From Spirochaetota bacterium (GTDB lineage Bacteria > Spirochaetota > UBA4802 > UBA5550), in assembly GCA_041749375.1 (NCBI GenBank), contig JBGTBN010000149.1, forward strand, positions 3,014 through 67,013: a DNA stretch of 64,000 nt, in the 5' to 3' direction. Shown here piece after piece: positions 1-8,424 of the stretch. Numbering within the stretch: the stretch's first letter is position 1; every line of letters starts with the position of its first letter. The translations under genes and the position numbers were made by a program. The notes under the pieces are model-generated. The model was not told where the DNA came from, did not search any database, and worked only from the letters and a program-made list of their open reading frames with translations.

Positions 1-266
1 TTTATTATATTATTAACAATACCATGATTTTCATGGATACTATTAAACATTATAAAATAATAGTTATTCAAAAAATCTATGATTTCTCTCGGCGATGAAT
101 TGTTTATCAAAGACGGCCAACCTTCAATTTTAAGCATAACAATTGTTAGTTGTTTTACTTCACCTGCAACGGTTAAAAAATTATCTCCTTCCTCAATAAT
201 CTTTGTATAAACATATTCGCCAGCAAATTTCTTAAGTGCTTTAATATACAGGTTTTCTTTAAACAA
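1..266 (-). CDS. putative immunity protein for the adjacent Rhs toxin tip (partial; its C-terminus lies beyond the left window edge)
   Basis: Not in the supplied ORF track. The reverse strand reads AGGTG-N4-TTG (start codon 266..264), then an open frame to position 1: LFKENLYIKALKKFAGEYVYTKIIEEGDNFLTVAGEVKQLTIVMLKIEGWPSLINNSSPREIIDFLNNYYFIMFNSIHENHGIVNNII. It begins 18 nt after the toxin stop (285-287), on the same strand and with the same AT-rich composition. The function is inferred from position only, and the start codon is uncertain. Confidence 0.45.
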   Translation of the reverse strand, partial: MFKENLYIKALKKFAGEYVYTKIIEEGDNFLTVAGEVKQLTIVMLKIEGWPSLINNSSPREIIDFLNNYYFIMFNSIHENHGIVNNII

Positions 267-284
267 ATTTCACCTACTCTATTA

Positions 285-1505
285 TTATTTAATAAAAGTT
301 GTCTTGCCGTCTTTCACTCTATATGATTCAAAGTCAAATCCTTTCTCAATATCTCCTCTTCCCCAATGTTGATTATCAACCAATTTATCATATGCTTCCC
401 AATCTTTCTTTTTAATTGCTTTATTTATATCTGAAATAGTTTTATTAGATTCTTTTACCTGTTTATGTCTTTCAACTATTTTTTTAACTGTTGTATATTT
501 GGGGGGGGTATTAGTTGTTTCTTCTAAAACATTTCCTAATTCTTTTAATTTTGTTCCTTGAACAGCATCTTCCGCAACGCTACCACCACTGATTTTTCCA
601 GCAATTTTCTTAGTAAGCCATGCTTGCCCCAAAATTCCCGTTAAATTCCCAGCAGATCTAAAGATATTATTTGATACATAATCACCCAATGCGCCTAATT
701 TTCTTTCTGCATATTTACTATAACTACCATCAATAATATTAGCTTCTGCCTTTGAATTATCATAAACTTCTCGCAAACCATGCCCAATATCGACAGCCTT
801 ATTATATGCATAAACAAAAGGACCTGCTGCAGTATACTTTTTACAAGTATCAACTATTTCTTTTACTTCAGCTTTAAGTTGATTAATTGAAGGTAAAGTA
901 TCTTTTATTCCTTCAAGATAATTACTACCCGCATTACTTAATTTACTTAAGATCCCTTCATCCTTTATTTCTTCAGCATGACCAGTTGGATCTTTATAAA
1001 TAATCGGATTGTTTCTACAATATGAAAATCTATTCCATGATTGAGTTGAGAACTGATCCGGCACCACCGTATCCGCAGTCACAAATCTCCCGATCTCCGG
1101 GTCATAATGCCGTGCGTTGTAGAAATAATACCCGCTCTCCTTGTCCAGCTCCTGGGAGTTGTACTTCGGCGCGTTCTTCTCGTTGCCTTCCGTGATCCAT
1201 GACTCACCAAAGGGAAGATACTCGTGAGCGGTAACCACCTGGCCCGAGTCATTGGTCACCACCTTTACAGAGTCCACCTGGTCGGTCAGGTAATACTGCG
1301 CCTCGCCGTTGGGCAGGACCGCGGCCATGCGCACCCCGTTCAGGTACACGTTGTTCACGCCGAACCCGGTGTCGCCCACGGGCGTGCCGTCCAGCTCCCT
1401 CACGGTCTCCACGCTGAAATACATGGACGGGTTCAGGAGCTGCACGCGGCGCTCCACGCCGTCCACCTCCAGCCGCGCCTCGCGGCGCACGCGGAAGTGA
1501 CCCAC
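285..1505 (-). CDS. Rhs/YD-repeat core end plus variable C-terminal toxin tip (truncated, orphan-type cassette)
   Basis: RHS repeat-associated core signature: YYLTDQVDSVKVVTNDSGQVVTAHEYLPFGE, YYFYNARHYDPEIGRFVTADT, NRFSYCRNNPIIYKDPTGH (DPxGx boundary at 978-992). Only about 175 aa of core are present, followed by about 230 aa of unrecognised sequence. The listed start is an internal GTG, and the frame is closed upstream by TGA at 1578-1580. Confidence 0.8.
   Translation of the reverse strand: MGHFRVRREARLEVDGVERRVQLLNPSMYFSVETVRELDGTPVGDTGFGVNNVYLNGVRMAAVLPNGEAQYYLTDQVDSVKVVTNDSGQVVTAHEYLPFGESWITEGNEKNAPKYNSQELDKESGYYFYNARHYDPEIGRFVTADTVVPDQFSTQSWNRFSYCRNNPIIYKDPTGHAEEIKDEGILSKLSNAGSNYLEGIKDTLPSINQLKAEVKEIVDTCKKYTAAGPFVYAYNKAVDIGHGLREVYDNSKAEANIIDGSYSKYAERKLGALGDYVSNNIFRSAGNLTGILGQAWLTKKIAGKISGGSVAEDAVQGTKLKELGNVLEETTNTPPKYTTVKKIVERHKQVKESNKTISDINKAIKKKDWEAYDKLVDNQHWGRGDIEKGFDFESYRVKDGKTTFIK
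501..508. repeat. G8/C8 homopolymer tract inside the toxin-tip coding sequence
   Basis: ggggggggt at 501-508 sits in a stretch that is otherwise strongly AT-rich. On the coding strand it encodes the PP of TNTPPKYTT. Confidence 0.9.
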
Positions 1506-1590
1506 AGGATGTGGGAAATGTCGCGGAGGACAGGACGTCCGAGAGCGACCCCTGGTCGTCGTAGTAGTAGCGGCCGATCACCTGGTTGGT
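1506..1590 (-). pseudogene. frameshifted upstream remnant of the Rhs/YD core
   Basis: A different reverse frame (track ORF 1249..1581) reads NQVIGRYYYDDQGSLSDVLSS, which is YD-repeat-like (Y-x-Y-D-x-x-G-x-L). The frame of 285-1505 reads low-complexity SAATTTTTRGRSRTS over the same bases. GC-rich Rhs-like sequence stops abruptly near 1590. Confidence 0.5.
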
Positions 1591-1797
1591 GTTGTGATTT
1601 AAAAGATCTAACTTAATATTTCGATTATGATTGTATTATTTCAACCAATTGTCAACACTATTGTTCCTCAATCACGAAAATCGATGCGCCCAGAAAACAT
1701 CTTGACGCCAGCTATCTCAATCTATACTTTCATCGCCGGGACATGCAGCCTGACAGATAAAAATGTCCTCGCACCAGTCGCCAGAGGGAACGTTCTG

Positions 1798-4374
1798 ATG
1801 GACACAAAAATCACCCCTGCCATGAAGCAGTACCTCGACATGAAGAAGCAGTATCCGGAGGAGATACTCTTTTTCCGCATGGGCGATTTCTACGAGATGT
1901 TTTTCGACGACGCGCATGTCGCGTCACGCATCCTGGATATCGCCCTCACCTCGCGGCAGAACGACATTCCCATGTGCGGCATTCCGTATCACGCGGCGGA
2001 GAGCTACATCGCGCGGCTCATCAAGGCCGGGAAACGCGTTGCCATCTGCGAACAGATGGAGACCGTTCCCTCGGCAGGCACCGTTGTCAGGCGGGAAGTC
2101 GTCCGCGTCATAACCCCGGGCACCGTGGTCGAAGCGAACCTCCTCCAGTCGGACGAGAACAATTTCCTCGCGTCTGTCATAATCGGCAGCGACCGCATCG
2201 GTCTCTCGTTCGTCGACATCTCCACCGGGGACTTTTTCCTCTCTTCAATCGATAAGTCGATCGAGCTTTTCCGCGGCGAAATGGCCAAGTTCTCGCCGCG
2301 CGAGGCCGTGTTTTACGGAGGCACCGCCCCGGACGGCGAGGCATATGCCGAATATCTTTCCCAGCGGGACATACCGCTCTACCGGATCAACGAATGGCTG
2401 TACGACACGGAATTCATGATCTCGGTCATATCGGAAACCTTCCGGATCTCCGGCACCAAGGGCCTGGGCATTACCGACGACCTTGACATCATGGCAGCGG
2501 GCTCCATTCTGCAGTATCTCAGGGACACGCACAAGAAAACCATCGACCATCTCAAGTTCCCCAAAACCATCGTGTCCCGCGACTACATGGTGCTCGACGA
2601 CGCAACTATATCCAACCTCGAGCTGGTACGCAATACCACCGACGGATCTAAAAACCGCACTCTCTTTTCCGTCCTGGACTATACCCGCACTGCAATGGGA
2701 AAGCGCACGCTCGAGCGTAACGTGCTCCAGCCGCTCCTGGACACCGCCGCGATCGAAAAACGCCTTGATACAGTGCAATACCTTCACGAGTTTCACGAGT
2801 TGACCGGGAAGCTCGTGCAGCACCTGAGAGAGATCCAGGACATGGAGCGCCTCCTCTCCCGCTTCATGATCGGCAGGATTTTCCCCAGAAATTTCATCGC
2901 GCTGATGAGCTCCATCTCGGCCTGCATGAAGATACAATCGCTGCTCGCAGAACAGCCGCATGAGAGCATGACCCGCCTCTCGGATGCCATGCCCGACCTG
3001 TCGGAGCTCGCGGCCATGATCAGGGCAGCGGTGGAGGACGAGCCGGCCCTCTCCCCGGAGCACGGACGCGTGATCAGGAAAGGCTTCAACCCGGAGCTGG
3101 ACCGCATCTACGAATTGAAAACAAACGCAAAGAACTGGATCGTCGAATACGAGGCCGAGGAGAAAAAGAGGCTCGGCATGTCCTCGCTGAAAATCCGGTA
3201 CAATAAGATCCTCGGATACTTTATCGAGATCAGCAAGGGACAGGCGACCGGGATCCCGGAAACCTATTACCGGAAGCAGACGCTCGTCAGTTCCGAGCGG
3301 TATACCACGGAAAAGCTGCAGAAGTTCGAGTCTGAGATCCTCTCCGCGTCCGAGACAATCCAGCGTATCGAGAACGAGGAGATCGACCGGCTCCTCCGGG
3401 CTGTCATAGCAGAGCGGGACCGCCTCCAGTCCCTGGCAGGCACCATTGGAGAAATAGACTGCCACTGCTCCCTGGCTCTCTGCGCCCTCGAGAACCGCTT
3501 CGTCAGGCCTTTGTTCGATACCGGCAACAGGACACACATCAAGGAGGGACGCCATCCGGTCGTGGAGAAATACTATACCCGCGAGGTGTTTATCCCCAAT
3601 GACATCAACCTCGACGGCGACGAGAACATCATCAAGATCATCACCGGCCCGAACATGTCCGGCAAATCCACGTATATCCGAATGGCCGCCATCATCCAGC
3701 TGATGTCGCAGATCGGATCGTACGTCCCTGCGCGGGAGGCAAGCATTTCGGTCGCCGACCGTATTTTCACCAGGATCGGCGCCTCCGACAACATATCGCG
3801 CGGGGAATCGACCTTCCTTGTGGAGATGAACGAAACAGCCGGCATCCTCAACAATGCGACAGATAAAAGCCTCATCATAATGGACGAGATCGGGCGTGGT
3901 ACGAGCACCTATGACGGCCTGTCCATCGCGTGGGCGGTGGTCGAATATATTCTCCGCTACCTGAAAGCAAAGACACTGTTCGCAACACATTACCATGAGC
4001 TCACCCAGCTGGGCGGAAGGCGCGGCATCGTCAACTATACAGTCATGGTCAAGGAACACCTGAGCGGTGTCGACTTCCTTCACAAAGTGGTGCGCGGGGC
4101 TGCTGACAAGTCATACGGCATACATGTCGCGAACCTCGCCGGCATACCGAAACCGATTATCGCCAGGGCCGAGCAGATGCTTCAAAAGCTCGAGCGGGGC
4201 GGAAAAAGCATCAAACCGGGCACACTCGACGCAGAGACTCCTTCCGGTCAGCTCGAGATATTCAACGCTTCGAACCATGTCGTGGTTCAGGCCATCAAGG
4301 CGATTGATCTCAATACCATCACCCCGATAGAAGCATTGAATGAACTGAGCAGGCTGAAAAAACTGATTGAATAA
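1798..4374 (+). CDS. mutS: DNA mismatch repair protein MutS
   Basis: N-terminus MDTKITPAMKQYLDMKKQYPEEILFFRMGDFYEMFFDDA, Walker A GPNMSGKST, MDEIGRGTSTYDG, ATHYHEL. The track ORF starts at 1627, but the conserved MutS N-terminus begins at ATG 1798. Confidence 0.95.
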   Translation: MDTKITPAMKQYLDMKKQYPEEILFFRMGDFYEMFFDDAHVASRILDIALTSRQNDIPMCGIPYHAAESYIARLIKAGKRVAICEQMETVPSAGTVVRREVVRVITPGTVVEANLLQSDENNFLASVIIGSDRIGLSFVDISTGDFFLSSIDKSIELFRGEMAKFSPREAVFYGGTAPDGEAYAEYLSQRDIPLYRINEWLYDTEFMISVISETFRISGTKGLGITDDLDIMAAGSILQYLRDTHKKTIDHLKFPKTIVSRDYMVLDDATISNLELVRNTTDGSKNRTLFSVLDYTRTAMGKRTLERNVLQPLLDTAAIEKRLDTVQYLHEFHELTGKLVQHLREIQDMERLLSRFMIGRIFPRNFIALMSSISACMKIQSLLAEQPHESMTRLSDAMPDLSELAAMIRAAVEDEPALSPEHGRVIRKGFNPELDRIYELKTNAKNWIVEYEAEEKKRLGMSSLKIRYNKILGYFIEISKGQATGIPETYYRKQTLVSSERYTTEKLQKFESEILSASETIQRIENEEIDRLLRAVIAERDRLQSLAGTIGEIDCHCSLALCALENRFVRPLFDTGNRTHIKEGRHPVVEKYYTREVFIPNDINLDGDENIIKIITGPNMSGKSTYIRMAAIIQLMSQIGSYVPAREASISVADRIFTRIGASDNISRGESTFLVEMNETAGILNNATDKSLIIMDEIGRGTSTYDGLSIAWAVVEYILRYLKAKTLFATHYHELTQLGGRRGIVNYTVMVKEHLSGVDFLHKVVRGAADKSYGIHVANLAGIPKPIIARAEQMLQKLERGGKSIKPGTLDAETPSGQLEIFNASNHVVVQAIKAIDLNTITPIEALNELSRLKKLIE

Positions 4375-4469
4375 GCGGGCGTGCCGGTCAGAGCACACGC
4401 GCCAGCTGTCTATTATGAACAATTTCAACGAATTGATGCAGATAAGGCCGCAGAGTCATGGTATAATCG

Positions 4470-4492
4470 AGGCATGTGGTAAATGCCTTTTT
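4470..4492 (+). terminator. weak hairpin plus T-run downstream of mutS
   Basis: aggcat-gtggtaa-atgcct followed by ttttt. The stem is only 5-6 bp and lies about 95 nt after the mutS stop. Confidence 0.3.
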
Positions 4493-4588
4493 ACTTGACA
4501 CGCCCGGCATAAAAAACTAGAAATTACTTGATTTTTTGCCGAATTTAATAATAGTGCACTATATCATCTGATTTGCTAAAGAGGAAGA

Positions 4589-5809
4589 ATGGCCGATACC
4601 CAATTTAAAGTAGAAAATTATCTCGCAAATTCTTTTATCATTGTTGAAGGTAAAAAGAACGCCAGTAATTTCTATATAATTCTCAAGGGAAAAGTCAAAG
4701 TCGCCAAGGAAAACCCCGTTGTAGCTACCGAGCCGTATTCGATCCTCGGGCCCGGCGACTTTTTCGGCGTCGTATCGTGCATGAGCGCACACAACCGCAT
4801 TGAGTCGGCCGTAGCGCTGGAAAACGTGTCGCTCATCTCCGTAGAAAGGGAAAAGTTCGGCCTCCTGATCCAGAAAAATCCGACCGTAGCGATGAAGATC
4901 ATTCGTTTTTTCAGCCGCAAGCTCAGGGATTTCGACCAGGCGATCACCAACCTCACTTTCAAGAACGTGGCCGAGGAGGATCCCTCGCACCTCTTCAACA
5001 TCGGGGAATACTATATTAAAAAGAAAATCATCAATCATGCCACCTACGCGTACCAGAGATATTTGCAGTACCGTCCCGAGGGCGAAAACCGCGATAAGGC
5101 GATCCAGCGCCTCCAGACCCTGAAAGCACCGATGAAGGCCCCGGCCCAGGGTCAGATGGTCGGCATGAACCGCCGCTATAGAGACAACACCATGATATTC
5201 TGCGAATACGAGCCGGGCGAAGAGCTCTTTATCATACAGTCGGGCAAGGTAAAAATCACGAAGATAGTGAACGAGGAAGTGCTCCTGGCTGTGCTCAAGG
5301 CCGGTGATATATTCGGCGAGATGGCCATCCTTGACAACAAGCCGCGCAGCGCATCAGCCATTACATTTGGAGACGTGGAAGTGCTCGCCATCAACAAATC
5401 CAACTTCGAGGGCATGGTCCAGGCCCAGCCCCAGCTGGCTACCCGTCTTATCCAGATCCTAAGCGAGAGGATATGGACAGCCTACCGTCAGCTCGAGAAC
5501 CTGATGATCCGCGACACACTCGGACGCATCTATGACACGCTCCTCATCCAGCTTGAAAAACACAAGATCAAGATGGAAGCCAAACAGGTACATAACTTCG
5601 AGTTCGGCACCAAGGAGCTCATCAACATGGTCGGCCTCACCCCTGAGAAAGGAGACATGTTCATCGTCCAGCTCCTCGAAGACAAGCACTTCACCCTCGA
5701 GCACGGAAAGATAATCTGCACGGACCTTCTCGAACTCGAGAAAACCGTTCAGTTCTTCAAGAAAAAATCCACGATGGAAAGGAAACGTGAAGCCAGCAAG
5801 AATTCTTAA
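4589..5809 (+). CDS. Crp/Fnr-like regulator with two cyclic-nucleotide-binding domains
   Basis: Two cNMP-binding modules (GDFFGVVSCMSAH...; GDIFGEMAILDNKPRSASAI) and a C-terminal Crp-type wHTH-like segment (ELINMVGLTPEKGDMFIVQLLEDKHFTLEHGKI). Confidence 0.8.
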   Translation: MADTQFKVENYLANSFIIVEGKKNASNFYIILKGKVKVAKENPVVATEPYSILGPGDFFGVVSCMSAHNRIESAVALENVSLISVEREKFGLLIQKNPTVAMKIIRFFSRKLRDFDQAITNLTFKNVAEEDPSHLFNIGEYYIKKKIINHATYAYQRYLQYRPEGENRDKAIQRLQTLKAPMKAPAQGQMVGMNRRYRDNTMIFCEYEPGEELFIIQSGKVKITKIVNEEVLLAVLKAGDIFGEMAILDNKPRSASAITFGDVEVLAINKSNFEGMVQAQPQLATRLIQILSERIWTAYRQLENLMIRDTLGRIYDTLLIQLEKHKIKMEAKQVHNFEFGTKELINMVGLTPEKGDMFIVQLLEDKHFTLEHGKIICTDLLELEKTVQFFKKKSTMERKREASKNS

Positions 5810-7844
5810 GTTTTCCTTCCGGTTCCTGTTTGCAGCTCTAATTCTCCTGATTGTCGGCGCCCTGCTTATTATTACTCTCTATCCCGCCGAAAATATTTTA
5901 AAGCTGGTCACATCGAACGCGGAAGAGGTCCTGGGCAGGAAAGTAACGATCAGGGACATCGGCTACAGCCTGGGCGGAATTTCCCTGGACGGGCTGGTTA
6001 TTTACGAGTCGGATGAAAAGTCACCGGTCCTGGCGAGCGTTGAGAGCGCGGACATCCGGTTCTCATTCCTGTCGCTCCTGAGGTCCGAGTTCGACGCAAC
6101 GGCCATCACGCTGAAAAAGCCGCTCTGCAACATATCGTTCAACGACGCGGGGGAGTCCAACATCGAGAGCCTGATCACGAGCCTTTCGAAGAACAAGGGC
6201 TCGGGCATGTCGGCGAAGATATCCAAAATTTCGCTTTCAGACGCCACTCTTGCGCTGACCAACGCGCCCGCCTACCTCGCCCCTCTCGCCGGCACCTATA
6301 ACATAGATGCCGACGTGTATCTCAAAAAAAAGATCGAGGTTCGGGATTGCAGGCTCAGGCTGCCTGAAAACCGGGGCGTGCTGCATCCCGAGATGGATAT
6401 CGAGATATTGAAAGGAGATTTCAAAATCACCGGTTCTGTCAACCTGGAAAACGCCTCGCTCCTGTGGGTATACCGATGGGGAACGAACCTGACACTGCCC
6501 TACAATATCATCAACGGCTCGGTTACGAACCTGATCATTACCAAGAACTACGTAAAGGGCAACGCCAACGCCACGTCAACGCTTCTCAATACGCCTAAAA
6601 TCCTGCATGCTGACGGTTTCTGCCACGTGGACATCGCGGGACGAACCGTTCTCATTGCCGAGGCGCAGGGCCACATTGAAAAATCCTCCTTTTTCGTGGA
6701 GAATCTTCATTTTACTTTCTCCGGGAGCCTGATAAAATTCAGCATAAATAAAATAGCAGCATCGATAACTGACACGATGCCGCTGCTCAAATTCATGCCC
6801 CCGAAACTGTTCGGGTATGCAGAGGGCAGTCTCCGTTACGGCGGCGGCGTCTACAACGGCACGCTTGCGGTCAGCAATGCCGGTTATGACCCGGCGACAA
6901 AGCTCATCAGCGGCCTCTCGACGACCATTACCGTCAATAATAACATTTTCCAGAAGACCGGCATCCCGTTCAATTTCTATGGGAATCCCTGCACACTTTC
7001 TATCGCGTCTACCGACCGTTCCCTGAAGCGGCTCCATGTCAACCTGGCCGCCGACAGGATATCGATCGAATCCCTGACCGATAAATTTCCGAAATCCGAC
7101 GCTTCCCTATCAGTCCCGATTGAGATACTTGGCTCAATTAATGTAACGCGCGCCCAGTACGGCCAGTACCAGATGGGAAATGTCCAGTTGCAGTACAACC
7201 TGTCCGGCAGCACCCTTGCCATCAATGGTTTCCAGTTCTATTTTTCAGACGGAAAAATCACGGGCAGCGGCTCGATCAACATGGCACAGGCGCGGCCGCT
7301 GGCCACTCTCCAGCTCCAGATAAGCAATCTTGTCGTGCAGAAAGCTATCGCTTCAAATGATAAGTTCAGGAACCGGTTTTTCGGAATAGCAGGGGGCAAA
7401 TCGTTAATCGAGTTCGAGGTGAGCGGCGACATTTTCAAGACTGCCCGGGGTAACGCCGAGATCACCATTGACAGGGGAAAACTGGTCGACACCGGCATCC
7501 AGAACGGCCTGGGCCTGCTGCTTGCCGAGCTGAAATACAAGCTCCGGGACCTGGAGTTTAACAAGATATACGGGAACATCGATATCAGGGGGACTAATTA
7601 TCTCATCAATTCGTTTATATTTAATTCCAACAACGTCCGTCTGAAAATAACGGGCGCATTCGACCAGAAGCTCGTTGCCGCCCCCCTCAACATACAACTT
7701 GAGTTCACCAGGGAGTTTATCCAGGACCTTCCCGGCGCGCTGAACCTGACCCTGAACAGGTACCTCCGGGGGGACTGGTACATTATCCCGTTCGTGATGA
7801 ACGGCGACATGACAAGCAGCCAGAACGTTCGCCGGGTACAATAA
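5787..7844 (+). CDS. AsmA-family-like membrane-anchored protein
   Basis: N-terminal TM anchor, then LGRKVTIRDIGYSLGGISLDGLVIYE-type AsmA-like N-terminal pattern, followed by a long beta-rich body. GTG start with upstream GGAAAGG. Overlaps the preceding gene by 23 nt. Confidence 0.55.
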   Translation: MKPARILKFSFRFLFAALILLIVGALLIITLYPAENILKLVTSNAEEVLGRKVTIRDIGYSLGGISLDGLVIYESDEKSPVLASVESADIRFSFLSLLRSEFDATAITLKKPLCNISFNDAGESNIESLITSLSKNKGSGMSAKISKISLSDATLALTNAPAYLAPLAGTYNIDADVYLKKKIEVRDCRLRLPENRGVLHPEMDIEILKGDFKITGSVNLENASLLWVYRWGTNLTLPYNIINGSVTNLIITKNYVKGNANATSTLLNTPKILHADGFCHVDIAGRTVLIAEAQGHIEKSSFFVENLHFTFSGSLIKFSINKIAASITDTMPLLKFMPPKLFGYAEGSLRYGGGVYNGTLAVSNAGYDPATKLISGLSTTITVNNNIFQKTGIPFNFYGNPCTLSIASTDRSLKRLHVNLAADRISIESLTDKFPKSDASLSVPIEILGSINVTRAQYGQYQMGNVQLQYNLSGSTLAINGFQFYFSDGKITGSGSINMAQARPLATLQLQISNLVVQKAIASNDKFRNRFFGIAGGKSLIEFEVSGDIFKTARGNAEITIDRGKLVDTGIQNGLGLLLAELKYKLRDLEFNKIYGNIDIRGTNYLINSFIFNSNNVRLKITGAFDQKLVAAPLNIQLEFTREFIQDLPGALNLTLNRYLRGDWYIIPFVMNGDMTSSQNVRRVQ

Positions 7845-7898
7845 CGCACCTCTCCGTAACGGGAGATCTCCCGTTACGCAAGGTCGGCAGGGATACTG

Positions 7899-8423
7899 TC
7901 AGTATTTTTTGTCCGCGTATTCGAGCCAGCCGCCTGCTTCCACGAGCTGCCTGTCGAAACCGGATATGGTGAAGTCGATCCGCTCTGTTTCTCCGCCCGC
8001 ATGTACTGCGTACTGGCCCCTGTCGAAATCCGTCTCGATTGTTATCTCGCCGGTCGCCCCGAGCTTGAACAGCCGGTCAATCGTATCGGGATGAAGCTCC
8101 ACTGCAAGCATCCCCCCATTATACATGTTCTGCCGGAATATGCGGGCAAAGCTCTCGGCGATGACGAGGTAAATCCCGTTCACCTCCAGCGCCCAGGGAG
8201 CGTGCTCCCGCGACGAGCCGCAGCCGAAGTTCGAGCGGGTTATGACGACGCTTTTTCCGGGGATATCGCGCCGCGGCTCGAATCCGTCGAGCTTGAGGCC
8301 TTCGAGAAGGTACGGCTTCAGTGCTTCCTTGGTGATCTCGGTAAGATACCGGGCCGGTATTATCTCATCCGTATTTATGTCAGTCCTGTCGAGAAGGAGA
8401 GCCTTTCCGCTGAAGTTTTTCAT
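7899..8423 (-). CDS. leuD: 3-isopropylmalate/homoaconitate-type dehydratase small subunit
   Basis: GCGSSREHAPWAL motif, 174 aa, immediately downstream of the large subunit. Confidence 0.9.
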   Translation of the reverse strand: MKNFSGKALLLDRTDINTDEIIPARYLTEITKEALKPYLLEGLKLDGFEPRRDIPGKSVVITRSNFGCGSSREHAPWALEVNGIYLVIAESFARIFRQNMYNGGMLAVELHPDTIDRLFKLGATGEITIETDFDRGQYAVHAGGETERIDFTISGFDRQLVEAGGWLEYADKKY

Positions 8424-8424
8424 T

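Noticed and set aside
1627-1797. 57-codon N-terminal extension of the mutS ORF
   Set aside because: The conserved MutS N-terminus (MDTKITPAMKQY...) starts at ATG 1798. The extension is AT-rich, promoter-like DNA with no homology-like features.
2245-4083. 612-aa ORF antisense to mutS, and similar long antisense ORFs at 20713-21618, 44486-45190, 50347-50997, 56788-57438 and 63019-63798
   Set aside because: These are typical shadow ORFs of GC-rich coding DNA. Their sequences are Arg/Gly/Ala/Pro-rich and low in complexity with no motifs, and each lies fully inside a confidently identified gene on the other strand.
4458-4500. Perfect extended -10 (TGgTATAAT, 4459-4467) directly upstream of the mutS-distal hairpin, and a TTGACA at 4495-4500
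   Set aside because: A transcript from the extended -10 would terminate within about 20 nt, so it is probably a chance match. The TTGACA-N17-TAGAAA pair could be the promoter of the cNMP regulator gene, but the evidence is too weak to list it as a feature.
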